NCBI GenBank assembly: GCA_021613535.1
Contig: CP075497.1
Coordinates: 62,001-126,000, forward strand
Length of the DNA stretch: 64,000 bases
DNA from: Adineta vaga
Taxonomy: Eukaryota > Animalia > Rotifera
Direction: 5' to 3'
Position numbers and translations under genes: made by a program. Positions within the stretch are counted from its first letter, which is position 1, and each line of letters starts with the position of its first letter. Under the pieces are notes generated by a model. It did not search any database. It was given only the letters and a program-made list of their open reading frames with translations, and was not told the origin of the DNA. This document shows positions 1-13,404 of this stretch, one piece after another.

Positions 1-49
1 TTGTTCATCGATGATATCATCTCACCGTTCATTCATTTATTTAGATGCA

Positions 50-1002
50 ATGAACATGGCATCAAAACATAAATTTAATTTAGCTATTCCATCACAAGAT
101 GAAGATCCATGCAAGAAGTTTCGACTTGAAAGAAAATGTTTTGCTATCGCTTGCCGATCAAATTTCACCAGTGAGATATAGTTGACACATAATTATCAAA
201 TTAAAATCACTGAACTATTATCTTTTTAATAGAAGAAGATATCTCCCATCATATTCAAAATGAATTTAATGAAAACTTACAATATATTTGTATTGCACGT
301 TCGGATAAACCACAGTTTTATGGGTTGCCTTCTATATATTACATTCAAATAAATCTTCATAAAAAGATCAACAAGAAGAGATTGTTTTTAAAAGAAGTAT
401 CAGGTTAGAATAATTTCACTTGATTTATACGAATGCTGACGACATTTTTGAATAGAATTCTATTATTAAACTGTTTTTAGGAATGAATTGTAATTATCAA
501 GTAACACATGATAGTCGAGCTTGGAATGCATTCCTGAAAAAAGGTTTCCCTTTTGACTAATTTTTTTCTTTATTAAATAAATGCTTATATATATATATAT
601 GTTTATTCTAGTTGGCGCATATATTGAATATGGACAATTTCGATCAGTAAGATCACGTCTCGGTATAGAATCGGCTCGGACAGATAGAAATAAACATAAA
701 AAATTGAGAAAAGGAACTTTAGTACAAAGTCAACAACTTGAAATGAAAACAACGCAATTAATTGTAAAACAATTCGTCGAAATCATCACCACGAATGTAA
801 GAACATCTATTGATAATGCCATTCAACTTGCGACTGGATTCATACCATATGAATGTGAACATGAAAAACAAATGTGAGTATCAGTACCTTCATTCCTTTA
901 CAAGTTTCAAGAAATTAACTCATGTTTTTGTCTATCATTAATAGACTTCTAGAAAAACTGAACTCTGCTTACCAATTCTTACAAATTGATTCCATACAAT
1001 AA
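50..1002 (+). CDS. Geminivirus-like rolling-circle Rep N-terminal domain protein, spliced, catalytically degenerate, no helicase domain
   Basis: Manual splicing (exons ~50-170, 233-403, 481-543, 612-873, 945-1002; all GT-AG, frame kept) gives FRLERKCFAIAC...YICIAR...SIYYIQI...CNYQVTHDSRAWNAFLKK-VGAYIEYGQF. This is colinear with geminivirus Rep motifs I, II, III and the EWGEF block. An acceptor at 43-44 suggests a possible upstream exon. Confidence 0.7.
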
Positions 1003-1250
1003 CTATTTGATTTTCAATGAAACGGCCAGCAACGTGCATTTTGAGAACCACTTATCTGATACGTTTAAATGTACTCTGTTTGTCTCTTTCAGAATAATTA
1101 TGATTTTCTAGACATAAGCTTGTATAGTCAATTGTTCTATGATAGAATTTGAAAAAAATGTAGATCTTGTACATATATTGTCTGCGTAGTTTGTAACATA
1201 AATAATATGATTCTATTAAAATATTCTAGATTAAACTACAACACACACTG

Positions 1251-1704
1251 ATGGCATCTGATTTGTGGCGTTTAGTTCAAATTATGATAGATTCAGCTAT
1301 CGAAGAATTTGTATTATCACCTGATGATAAAAGATCATCAACAACTGAAAATTCCAACGAACAAACAAGTAAATATGATCAACCATCAAATACTGATCGA
1401 CAATTTTGTTTCATCATCTTCAACAATCCAAAATGGTCTCATATACTTCGACGACACAGAGAAAAGGTATATGAAAACGAAATAAAGGCATTTAACTCCA
1501 TGATGTATATATTTTTTCTAGATTGCACAACAACGAGCACAAACTGTTACATCTGATCCATCAACTGCAAAGAGAAATGAAGAAAAAAAGGAATTGTCTT
1601 TGGATGACCGTTTTACTGCGCAATTACGACGACTATTCGATGATTATATGAAGCATACAAAACGACGATCTCCTATTAAATATTTCATTGATTTTACTGA
1701 ATGA
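1251..1704 (+). CDS. Small two-exon Terminon accessory ORF, unknown function
   Basis: ORF 1251 with GT at 1467 and AG at 1520-1521 continues in frame (IAQQRAQ...LRRLFDDYMKH...FIDFTE*). Confidence 0.45.
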
Positions 1705-1932
1705 AAGAATTGAATTTTGTTCTAAATTGTGTTGAAAAGAAATATTGATATACATATATATCAGAATAAAAACGAATTGAAAACTCAATCTCGAAACCCA
1801 TATTCGGACATGATACATGTATAACTAAAGAAGTATCTTTAAAATATTTCTGTTTCGTTTTAGATAAAAATAAAAATAAAATAAACAATACCGATTGAAG
1901 CACCATTCATTCATCATAATTTAATTTTAACA

Positions 1933-4900
1933 ATGAGCGAACATTCATTCTATAAGATATATGTAAATAGCACTATTGTACTGATGTAATAAGCTACTCA
2001 CTTATTGTATTCGATTCTTTCTTTTCAGTGGCGTGATATGCAATGGTATGATAACATTTTTGATGTCATGGATGACAATGAAGATATATTGGAATGTACA
2101 CCAGAAGAATTAAATCGATACTATATGTCAGGACAAATTCGGTCAAATTTTGAAGAAGAAGATGACAACAACTACAGCAACATCAATGAAGAAGTCACGT
2201 TAGATATCGATACGATATTGTTCGCTGATCACACTGATGATAATCAAGTAAACAAAGTTTCAGTTATAAATTGTAGATAACTTATGTGTTTCTTAATGTT
2301 TAGTCAGCCACAATAACAAATGCAGAAAAGAAAATAGAAAACAAGGCGACACAGAAGCAAGAAGACATTCTATCAAAAAAACTAAGTCAATTATCCACAG
2401 ATAGTAATGACGAACAACCTATTGCCAAGTCTGATCGAAAAAGACGACGAAGTACATCTAGAAGTCTGAATTTAGTTTCAAAAAAGATTAAATTTACTCA
2501 AAATAACGATACAAAGGATAAGAGTACAAATGATAAGATTATAGAAGAGAAATCTGATGATGTACCAGCATATTTATCACTAACAAATGTATCGTTTCTT
2601 CGTGTCCTTCAACAGATTCAAAATACAGAAAATTCAATTGATGTGAAAGATTTGCAAATAATAGCATTGTTAATGCATCGTATAACTACTAATCGTATAC
2701 AAAAACAGATTAACACTGTCTATCTGCGATCCGGTACGGGTAAATTAGATGATTCTAGTTTCGATTTAATCGAAATCGATCGACGAGTCTGGCCTAAAGA
2801 AGTTAGATCAGGTATACTAGGAAAAAGTGCACAATCGAACATTACTACGGCAACAGAAATCAATTCAGATAGTGAACAACTCGATTATGAAAATCTTGCC
2901 AATGAACGTCTACAACAAATCCATGAACAATTTGAACAATACACTCAACAACTCATTGACAAAAAGAATCATTTAATCGGATTTACATCACCAATAGAAA
3001 AGACAATCGTTCAGTATGTTCAGCACTATGGCATTATTCCACTTCAAATGAAAAGAGATCTCAAAATAGCTCTACTCAAACATGATTACAATACCATCAT
3101 ACTTCGAAGAAAATATGAACAAGAAAATCCAAATGAATATCATGTAAGTCAAGTAGAGCTAGTCGAAGAATTTCATAGAACTAATATCAATATTCTGTTA
3201 TCATTCAGATTGAAATTGCCGAACAGCTATGTACTTTAAAATATGAGTTAGAGAAATCGAAACGTGAATTAATTGAATTAAAACAACGAGTTTTCTATCA
3301 GAAACTTCCTGCTTTTGTCAAAGATATCGAATTATCACCATCACCGTCTACTATTTCTGCAGCAACAACAACAACATCCAACATGGTTCATAATCAGATA
3401 TTCAACAATATGCATGAAAGAATGATTCAACAAAAGAAACTTGATCTACTTGCTGCATATATAGCCAAAGCAGAAATCAAATACTATCAAGCAGACAGTA
3501 ACTTCAATTCTGAATATACGAAGATGCTGAATAATCATCGAAATCTTGTACGAAACAAAGGAATGACTTCAGCATTAAGCGATTTATTGGAAAAGCGTCT
3601 CACCAATATCACCGATCGATTACGAGATATACATTGTTATCGAATCAATTACTTTCTTCGAAGTTCTTATAGTGATTTGGAAAACATATACAAACAAATT
3701 GAACCTCAAGAAAATACGAATATTAACGTGTTCTTTTCAAATGTAATTAGTGATACAATACACGGATTGAATCAAAAACAAATACAGTTACTTAGTCGAG
3801 GACCGGCTTATGTTCCACCTTGTCAATCACGACTCAAATTTTCGTCGAAATCAACAAAAACAACCATAACAGATATTGTGAAAAAGCAATATGCACCATT
3901 GAAACATCAAATGGCTAGTCTCTTTTCAAAGCATCGTGTTAATATTGCTTCATCATGGGATGTTCATTCAATTATTTGTCAAAAGTTTACTAATCTTTTT
4001 GCTATTTCAATTCCTCATAACATTCAACAACGTGCTACTGAAGAAATGAAATTAATTCAATCGATACGATCTTCTCTTAAAACAAACAATATGATACTAC
4101 GACGAACAGCTGACAATCGAAATACATTCTACGTAGGGAAGAAGAATGATTTCGAAGCAAAAGCAAACGAATTTATGTTGAAATCTAGTGATAAATATGA
4201 ATTTACAGTGGCCATTGGTGATGATGAAGACAATAATGACGATAAAAAAAAACAACCACAAAATCCACACTATTTTTTGAAGGGAAGAATCGAAGCAATA
4301 AATTTTGCATTAGAAACGTTGGGAAAGCGCAAAGCATTAGATAATGATACGATCAACAAGTTAATAATTGATCCAAAGAAAGTTAAATTAACTTATCTGT
4401 ATTTCCGGGCGGATATTTCGAAAGTGAGTGTCATCTCGAGTTATCTTTTTTTTGCTTCTCATCTAATCTTTCTCAAGATAATATTCATTTTATTTGAATA
4501 GGAAAACGAACTGACACTTGTACCAACGATCGTAGCACATCAGAGTATGACATCAAATATTGCCGAATATGTTGATAAATTGATTCGACCATTTGCTGAT
4601 GAAAAGATGAAACATTTAACATTTTTTAATGAAGCTGATTTCATGAAAAAATTAATGTATTATACATATGATCAACGTCGTTTAAAATCAACAAGTCTCT
4701 TTTGCACAATTCAAATTACTAATTTTTATTCATTGGATAAGCACGACACAATGATTGATACAATTATAGCTTTCTTGAAAGACAAATCAGCAAATAACAC
4801 AGTCAATAAAGTATCAATCAATACAATTAAAAATCTATTACAATTATTTTTCTATCAAAATCTCTTTACATATGAAAATAAAATTTATATAATAAAAAAT

Positions 4901-5782
4901 GGTAGTCCAAACACGATGTCATTAAGTCAAACACTAGCTAATATATATTTATTTGAGTGGCAAAAGGCCATGTTGAATCAATTCGAATACGATCAAGAAT
5001 TATTTGGACGGTTAGTACAATTCTTTTTTCTTCTCCATAAATATAATTCGCAATGATAATTGCTATCTTTTAGACAGCAAGATCAAATCTTTTTCACATG
5101 GAATAAGTCTTATGACATGCTTTATTCTTATCTACAGTCCCTAAGAAAGCAACAACCTAGTGTTAATTTTAAAATATCAATTGGATCAAATGTACATTAC
5201 TTCAACGCATATATTGAAAATAGAAAAGGTGAACTGTACACAAAAGTGTATCATGATCCAATGATACCACGTTATACACTGCCTTATGTTGTTGGTCATT
5301 CAAAAGTACGACATAGTGACTGGCTTCGATCAACACTTCTTCGAGCTGTCTGTTACTGTTCATCCGTTGGAGATTTTCTTCAAGAACGTCTCTATCTTGA
5401 ACTCACTTATCTTGTCAATGGTTATTCATTTTTCTTTGTGGAAAGTCACATACAAAATTTCTTCGATTATTTCCAAAGAGAATCAATGCGATACTGTTCA
5501 GAACAAACAAATTATCATTCATTTCGTCGACAATGGTTCGATTTTTTTGAGTTACAAAATCAACGCTCGGAAAAACTTCAACAATTGGATGATAACAAGC
5601 AAGTAATTCGTTTCAGCTATTTCTATGATTATGGTCCAAGATGTGAATTTAATCAATATTTTCATGAATTATGGTCGGATTATTTTAGATCGAATACAAC
5701 ATTATCCAATGAAAAGTTAAAGATCCTACTGACAACCAAGCACACCCATTCACTCAACGCATTATTATCTTTTCGAACATGA
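1933..5782 (+). CDS. Athena coiled-coil ORF1 fused in frame to a catalytically inactive reverse transcriptase (~1170 aa, 6 exons)
   Basis: Exons ~1933-1962, 2029-2247, 2304-3143, 3209-4423, 4502-5010 and 5074-5782 join in frame. Athena hallmarks: LLSRGPAYVPP, ILRRTADN, LTYLYF, TLANIYL, LYTKVYH and the YLELTYLVNGY thumb. Motif A reads TIQITNFY (D>Q) and motif C reads R-QQDQ-IF instead of YIDD. No GIY-YIG domain. Confidence 0.85.
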
Positions 5783-6127
5783 GATTTTGTATACTATAGA
5801 TTACATTTGTCTTTGACAATCAATTCAAATCTTTTCTTAAAGACTATGCACTTTGTAACATGATTAAAACTGATATTAATCAAATAGATCATGTGGTCTA
5901 CGCTGATCTTTTTCTTTTGAATTTTCTTTCAATCACTTGTTTTCTATCATTTCTCTAATACTTTATGTTCAATTTCTTGTTTCAGATACATTTCTAGTAA
6001 ATCTGGTCTGCGATCTATTAACCTTTGAAAGCATATCAGTCTGTATTTCAATTGAAGTAAAACCAAACATCCATACAATCGAGTACTTCATCATTGAAAT
6101 CATTTCAAATCTGTCGATAGAAACACA

Positions 6128-6937
6128 ATGTTACAATTGAATTCAAGTCTATCCAGTAATGAACGAAAACGAATCTTAAATATACAATTAAGTATTTTAC
6201 CAGCATTCACTCCACTCAATGATTGGCGAGTGCATTGTGTTAGTCAAACAACTGATCCATCATTATTGCACTATCTTATTGAATTAGCACGAAAAACAGT
6301 GAAATATACAATCGATACGGAACATGATTATTACACATATGAACCAGCATTGATTCAAATCGAATTCATATGTCGACAATCAATTATTCTTTTGATTGAA
6401 ACGTGCCATTTACCACAAGCATCAACTGTGACATTTTGGTTAATCAAATCGCTTCTTAAAATAATTTTTAATCCATCTAATATCATTTACTCGTGGGGTG
6501 ATGCTGTAAATGAATTAAGTCGATTTATACATTACAATCTATTTTCCTGGTCAATTCTTTATCAAATGAATAACAACGATATACAAAGTGGCTTTAAAAT
6601 ATGGTATAATAAAACTTTCATTCATGATTGTAGTCTCGACTTATACGGAGATGATCATGAACTATGTACATGTTCACATCGACCAGTAAAACATAAAAAC
6701 AACCAATGGTCACTTCAGAAAGCAATTGCTTATGCATTTCATGAATTTCTAGATAAGAGTCGGTGTAAAAGTAAATGGCGCCAACGACTGTCAAGCAGGA
6801 ATCAAATACGACAGAAAATGTGTAACGAATTAATTCGATATGCAGCTAATGATTGTTTAGCTGTCACCAAACTACAAATGTTAGTCGGTTTCAACTACAC
6901 CAAAGAACAACTTGACATGTATAATCGAAACAAATGA
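6128..6937 (+). CDS. DEDDy 3'-5' exonuclease (Terminon cargo)
   Basis: ExoI TIDTE, ExoII-like SWGDAVNE, ExoIII RYAAND; Cys/His insert (HDC...CTCSH); intact 269-aa ORF. Confidence 0.85.
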   Translation: MLQLNSSLSSNERKRILNIQLSILPAFTPLNDWRVHCVSQTTDPSLLHYLIELARKTVKYTIDTEHDYYTYEPALIQIEFICRQSIILLIETCHLPQASTVTFWLIKSLLKIIFNPSNIIYSWGDAVNELSRFIHYNLFSWSILYQMNNNDIQSGFKIWYNKTFIHDCSLDLYGDDHELCTCSHRPVKHKNNQWSLQKAIAYAFHEFLDKSRCKSKWRQRLSSRNQIRQKMCNELIRYAANDCLAVTKLQMLVGFNYTKEQLDMYNRNK

Positions 6938-7191
6938 TTTAAATAGTAAGACACGTATACATAGTGATATACGCATAGCTATCGAATTCTTTCTAGAAAT
7001 AGCAACCATATGGAACATTGAAGAAATTTCGAACATTAAATGTTTTATCATTGTATTTGTGTTTTGTTGATGTTTATGAAGAAGAGAAAACAGAAGATTA
7101 TAATATGCATTCGTCGTTGTGTTTTTTTATATTTATTTCTTTTATTTGTAGATAGCATCCTGAGTATATCTATTTCTACGTTTCAGAAAAA

Positions 7192-7793
7192 ATGTCTACT
7201 ACAAGAGCAACATACCAAAACGAAAGTAATTACAATTATGACATCTTTTATTTTGAATTGAAATGGCTCGAATTTTCTTTTTCTTTTCAGATGATGACAA
7301 GCAACAACAGCAACAACAGATTGAGCAAGTAAATATAGAAAACAAAGCTAATGTATGTACAAAATGACTATTATTTCTTACCAGCAATCTGACTCACTGT
7401 CAATCACCGACACTACGAAAACATCCATTGAAAACGATCAGGAAAAATTCGCAAATAACCAACAAGTTGAAGCAATAAGCACAGATGTAAATTTAATTGG
7501 TTTTTTGCGATGTTATATTCCACTTGAACGTTGTAAGGTAAAATATGTAATATTTTCGATTAAGAAATAGATGAACTGATACCATACTCTGTTCTCATTT
7601 GCACGATTACTTATAGGTGGAAAGCTATGGGATTAATCATAGTGACACTCAAGGTACAACTTTTCGAAAAGACGCAGCACTAACTCAAGAAGAAGAAGAA
7701 GAAGAAGGAAAAGAAACAACAAAAGAATTAAAACCAAAAAGTCAATCAAATCAATTCGCTACATCACGAACGGAATCAAATGAAGATAAATGA
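7192..7793 (+). CDS. Small spliced low-complexity accessory ORF
   Basis: Four short GT-AG exons join in frame (MSTTRATY...QQQQQQ...CYIPLERCK...EEEEE...NEDK*). Confidence 0.4.
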
Positions 7794-7996
7794 TGTGGAA
7801 CATTATTCGACTTCGTAGATTTTAATGCGTTGGAAAACTACATCTATGTAGATTTCTTCGAATAAACTTTTATATTAAACAAGAAGACGAAAGAGATATA
7901 ACTTATCAAAGAAACTAATTTCCTTTCATTTCAGATCTAAACTCATATTGATTTCATTTCCTGTAATCATCTTATTTCAATCGCTTTCGTTTCTAA

Positions 7997-8373
7997 ATGG
8001 CTTCAAGCAGTAGCTCCACGTCAGTCTCTGAAAAACTGAATTCAAGCCGTAAGAAACTGTTACAAATTGTCATCGTGAAACTGACCTATATTTTGATTTC
8101 TAACTAGATACGAACAAGCCATCAAAAATGATGGACATAGAGGATATTGTGACATCTCCAGTACAAACTGAACAATGTTCTAGTTTAGCATCATCAATAA
8201 TACGGACTTCAAGTGCACCATTACCACGAACTTCAGCGTCAGTTACACAAAATCCTAGTCAAACACCGCGACGTCAAGTGGTCACATTCAAATTACCAGG
8301 AGAAGTAGATCCAACGATTCCAACTACCCAATATGTCATTATTATCGAGATCTATCGAGAATATGTCTCTTGA
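7997..8373 (+). CDS. Small Ser/Thr-rich accessory ORF
   Basis: ATG 7997, intron ~8049-8108, continues into the ORF-track frame 8128-8373. Confidence 0.35.
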
Positions 8374-9291
8374 AAACAAACCTGGCCAAAAATGACTCAG
8401 AATATTTCCATGTCAATTTAATTGTTTTTGAAATCTTTACTCTTAACTATTGTATCTTTTATTAGCTCATGTCTTTTTTCGTCAAAACCTCATTGTATTT
8501 CGCACTTTATTTAAATCTGTTCTTTGTCTACTACATATTATAAACATTCGAAATATCATCATTTTTTTTCAAACACATTTCACCTTTCTTTAACCATATG
8601 TTTGTCTATTCTAGATATAAATATATCTTTATCAACAATGTCAAACAGCTCAATCGTACAATTTATCAGTCATAAATGCGTTTACTTGAACAAGTAAGTG
8701 ACTTAAACATATGTAGGACAAATCGAATGAGATATTGTTATATTTGAAATTCTCATAAATGTAGATGGTGATCCATTTGACAAAAAATCTAGGACATAGG
8801 TTTGAATAATCTCAATAACAATACGACATCAAACACCCAAGTGAGTACTAGTCGGTTAGAATGTCGTAGAAGAATTTCCCTGATATATTTTATATATATT
8901 TATTTACATGAGATAAAAATCATGGATCTACCCCTTGAACATTCAAAAGTTATTTGGATGATGACAGACGATTACCATGAAGCATACGACTGAAGGGAAA
9001 ATAAAACATTCAGCTTCATATAATCTACTGCATTAGTGTAATCGTAACTGTTGTTTTTGTGGAATGTAATCTAATTTGAATTCAAACTTTCTGTCGCAAT
9101 GCATAGCACATTTCTTTCTTTTGAAAAGCTGGCAGTTTTCTTTCGACTTCTATACAAAATTATCAAAAATCATCTGAATAATTTGATTTGTGTAAAAGAC
9201 ACGAACTAATGTCGTAGCTCTATGCTTTTATACACATTCATTTAACGTTGTTTTCAATCGAATTTATCTTGATTTGCTTTTCTTTTTTCAG

Positions 9292-10779
9292 ATTGAAAAG
9301 AATACTTTTAAATCTGACGATTTATTACCTTTGCATCATACACAAATGAGAAAAAATAGGTACCAATCGAACCGATTAATACAACAAAATTCAGGAAGAA
9401 AATCTCATGGTAACCGGAGAATACAAAGATTTAGAAGAAAATGTCGTTCAAACGGAATGACTAAAGAAGCAATCGAAAAGCTAGTGGAAACTCAAAAGAC
9501 AACTCATTCAATTCATCAAAACAGTCAAAATCTAGAGAGAAATTATAGGAATAGTTGTTTTACAAGTCGTGCTGAGGATGATCTCAAAATCGTATCGTCA
9601 ATGTTGTTTGAGAACCATCAGGTATGACGATAATAGGTAGCGAAATAAAGTTATATAGTATTATTTAACATACAGACCTATCTTCATCAATATCAATCTA
9701 ATAAAGAAAACATACAAACTGAATCAACTAATAAATCATTATTGATATTGATCCCAACAGTATCAACAGGAACTTGGAGTTCACCACCATCGTCTAAAAC
9801 ATATCAAAAGACGCTTCAACGATATACCTTATCTACAGATCATTGGAAACAAACATCAATGCTAATACCTAATTATTATCAACTCTCTTTCTTTGAATTC
9901 AAAAATTTCCTACTTAACATAATTCAACCAAGCGATCGGCAGCAGATTCAAGATCGAATGACAAATTTTACCGCACTGCAAACCATACAACAGCGTGCCC
10001 AGCTAATGTGCAAGGTTTCTCAATTAAGAATTGAAAATGATTATTGGAATTATATCGCCAATATTGCAGACATGCCCATTATAATTTGGCTATCAGAAGT
10101 TTCTAAAGACGTCACTAGACAAAATTTCATTAATTGGGATCATACTAAAACAAAACACAATATTCAACAACGTCAACAAATGATTCAAGATAAATTGCAA
10201 CAAGCTGAACATAATTTGAATAAACATTTACACCAACAGCTAGATCCGTTATCTTTTCAAGTGAAAAAAAAAGCGCTTCCAGATCATCCAATAACTATTA
10301 TTACCGATGCTTTGACTCGTCTGGTAGAAAATGGTCTACATTATTTTCGTATGAACTTTGAACGGAGGAAAATCTTGTTAATGTCTGATATTAATGATGC
10401 ACAGCTAGTCAAATCATTCTATGATTTAAATCCGACATCACAACAGGTTTCTGTTCATTTATTACATAGTTTTTATTTTACTTTATTCTTGTCTTTCATG
10501 ATATCTTAGATTTCGACTGCTCAAAAACTTTGGCGAACTAAAATAAAGCAATGTCGAAAAACCGTTCTTCATCAAAAGAAAAACTATTCATTGTCAATGT
10601 TATATGCTAGTACAATAAATAAAGAGAGCCAAAAGCAGCAAAATGAAGTACCTAAAATGGGATCATTTACTCCGACCATGTCTACTATTGTGGAAGCTCG
10701 TCTATGTAATATGGAAGAGCGCATTCATCAATTGATACATTTTTCTTCTACTTTTTACCATAAACCTTTCTTCTCGTAA
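9292..10779 (+). CDS. Stand-alone Athena ORF1-like coiled-coil protein (no RT), spliced
   Basis: Motifs typical of Athena ORF1: KSHGNRRIQRFRRKCRSNGM, IPNY, YWNY, Q-rich coiled coil, VKSFYDLNP. ORFs 9274, 9742 and 10591 are separated by short introns. Confidence 0.65.
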
Positions 10780-12882
10780 TATACACCTCCACCCAATATT
10801 GTATCCTCTATATAGATGGGAAAAAATTATCAATGAAAGTTTGAATGTATAAAAGTTTTCATTTCTTTTTCTTATTTGAATTGGTGTACAACTTCAACAT
10901 GTAAACTAAACTTCTTTCTCTGTTCTAGATATAATTAACATTCGACATTTAGTATATTCTGAAATCAATTATCGAAATCTACATCAAGGAACGCTTTTTA
11001 CGTACCACTAGTATTAAGAAAAAGTGTGAAAACGAAAAGAAAACTTTCTATTATCTATCTAGATTTCAAATTATATTATCAAGGAATCAATCATTTCATA
11101 CATATCACATAGTTTCAAACATCTCAAAAGTAAGTATAAGCAGGAAAAGTCAACTACATACATAATCATATACTCAGACCCAAATATTTCCAAGGCATCT
11201 TATCTTATTACGCACTCCCTTAACTAAGAATAAGATTTTTCCAACATGCTCAGCTCCAAATTATATCTGCTACACTGAATATGAGACTATAAAATTGATT
11301 GTATCATATACCAAACATACAGGTAAGTATAGCTTCGGTTTCATATGCAATGAACGTTACACTACTTCTTCTCTTATGACCTTTCAATCGCATTTCAGCC
11401 TTAAAAAGTTAAAAATTTTCTTTTAAGTTTAGACAAACGTTTTCAGCGACCTGAACAGCTCGATCTTCAAGTAAGGTGACGTATATAGTTATAACATTTT
11501 CAATCAATACAAATCCTTATAAGTGTAAAAATTCTTTTTGTTTCGATTTAATTTATCTTGATATTTCTTTCTGATAATATTTCTCAGCAACATCATAGAT
11601 ATCATTTTGAAGAAAGTTAATTCAAAAATGAATTCTATTTCACCAATCAATCGATTTATTCAAATGAATCCATGTCATTTCTACAGAAAAAATAATACGC
11701 AAAATTGTTGGCTTGGATACAAATATATTTCATGTGCGCATTTGCAAGAGTATTTACTTAAAATGATTAAACCGTGTACAAATGTGGTTAGTGATAACAT
11801 AGTAGTACCAACAATAACGGTACCTCAATTACCTAGTATGTGTTGGTTTGATAATCTTATTTTAAGTATGGCAAACAATGCAGACCTCGATGTCTAGATT
11901 ACAAGAAGAAATGTCATTCTGTCTCTTTTTCTACCGTTTTTTGCCAAATAGATCAATTACAAGCTACAATTTCATTCGATTTCCATTCGCCATATATCGT
12001 TGTTATTTTAATTCTATCCATAATTATATTCATTAGTCTACTTGTATTTTTCACAATTATTATTATTATCTATACTATGGATCATTGTCGAAAACACCGA
12101 CGACGACAAAGCTATATGCCAGAGACAAATCAATACATCCGTAAGTACTTTTATGTCCCTTATTCACTTATTTCTCTTCCTGAGTCCTTTTTCGATATAA
12201 CGATGATTCCTACTCTTAGAAACGGAAGCAACACAAGAACAACACTATTTACATCCATTGCCACTGATCCACTATAAAAAAGAAACACAGATCGGAAACA
12301 ATCATCAAAGTCTTCCAATAAACCAAAGTACGCTACGACAACCAACCACTCATAATTACGATCTACCGTCCGTGAGTTCTATAACCAATAATTACTTTAC
12401 CTTTCAGTCAATTTCATTCATTTTTCTTGCTTTCCCTTTTTCAGTCACCGCTTTACTATGAGTGCCTGTAACTAAGAAACTCTAATCAACTGCGATTCCA
12501 CTGCATCCAAACAAACACCATGACAAGCCATCAGCTAGATGAACATACTGCTTCTGATTGACGCTCCATGAACTATTCTTTTTCGTGTATTTATCTTTCG
12601 TTTTTTAACTTCTTTACTAAAAACTTGGAAATTTCTTTGAAGCAGTCAATCTCAATTCTATAACTTGAAAATTTCACGTGGCGGAGCATTCTCCTTCAAC
12701 CATTCATGACCGAAGTGAATTTATCCTATCTTGTCCTACGCATACAAACACAAACGCTAGTCCATCACACCACACAAAAACCTCACATGTGAGCAACGGC
12801 AAAAATAAAGAGAGATACCAATTTATATTCATGATGAAAACAACAGTTGAGCCAGCCAAACAAGTTTATGTAGAATATTTAT

Positions 12883-12930
12883 GCCACCTGATGACAGACC
12901 CTTTAGCAAGGTCGAAACTATAGTCGTGGT
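12883..12930 (+). ncRNA. Minimal type I hammerhead ribozyme (pLTR copy 1)
   Basis: GCCAC-CTGATGA-caGACC(ctttagcaa)GGTC-GAAA-CTATAG-TC-GTGGT: stems I and II, palindromic stem III ACTATAGT, GUC cleavage triplet. Confidence 0.9.
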
Positions 12931-12946
12931 AGCTATTTCTTTATAT

Positions 12947-12969
12947 ACACACCCACACCCACACCCTCA
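12947..12969 (-). repeat. Short telomeric tract (CCCACA)~3
   Basis: ACACACCCACACCCACACCCTCA immediately 3' of pLTR copy 1. Confidence 0.85.
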
Positions 12970-13340
12970 ACGTATCACGAGCCAAAAACCATACTAATAC
13001 AATGCTTTTCATTAACGCTAACAGCATTATTTCCTCTTTTTTTACTTATCTTTCCATTTAGAACTTCTTTATTGTATTTCTCATGTATTGCTGCAGATCA
13101 ATCATTCTCATGTCTGTAACTGCATAATTTCTCGCAGCACACCATTTTCTGTAAAATTCTTCACAATAAAAACCATTTCTCTTCTCTTTTCACATGAATA
13201 CTAACAAAAAATGCTCTTCCCTCTGAGAACACCACAAACCACCAATCCAAAGAAAGGTAATAACCAAGACAGATCCCACTTTACATTCACAATGGGAACA
13301 AATGTAAAATCAGCCAATTTCTTATATGTAGATTATTTAT

Positions 13341-13388
13341 GCCACCTGATGATAGACCCTTTAGCAAGGTCGAAACTATAGTCGTGGT
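13341..13388 (+). ncRNA. Minimal type I hammerhead ribozyme (pLTR copy 2)
   Basis: Near-identical to 12883-12930, within a ~90-bp direct repeat (12867-12956 vs 13326-13415); intact CTGATGA/GAAA/GTC core. Confidence 0.9.
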
Positions 13389-13404
13389 AGCTATTTCTTT
13401 ATAT

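Larger units (their letters stand above)
1..13404 (+). mobile_element. Terminon-like giant Athena (EN-minus Penelope-like) retroelement, 3' portion; 5' end lies outside the window
   Basis: Co-oriented intron-containing ORFs (Rep-like, coiled-coil+RT, DEDDy exonuclease, coiled-coil ORF) end in HHR-bearing pLTRs directly followed by (CCCACA)n. This matches the known architecture of bdelloid Terminons. Confidence 0.85.

Noticed and set aside
8955-9000. GATGATGACAGACG resembling the pLTR hammerhead start
   Set aside because: No CTGA core, no stem II partner and no GAAA/stem III in register.
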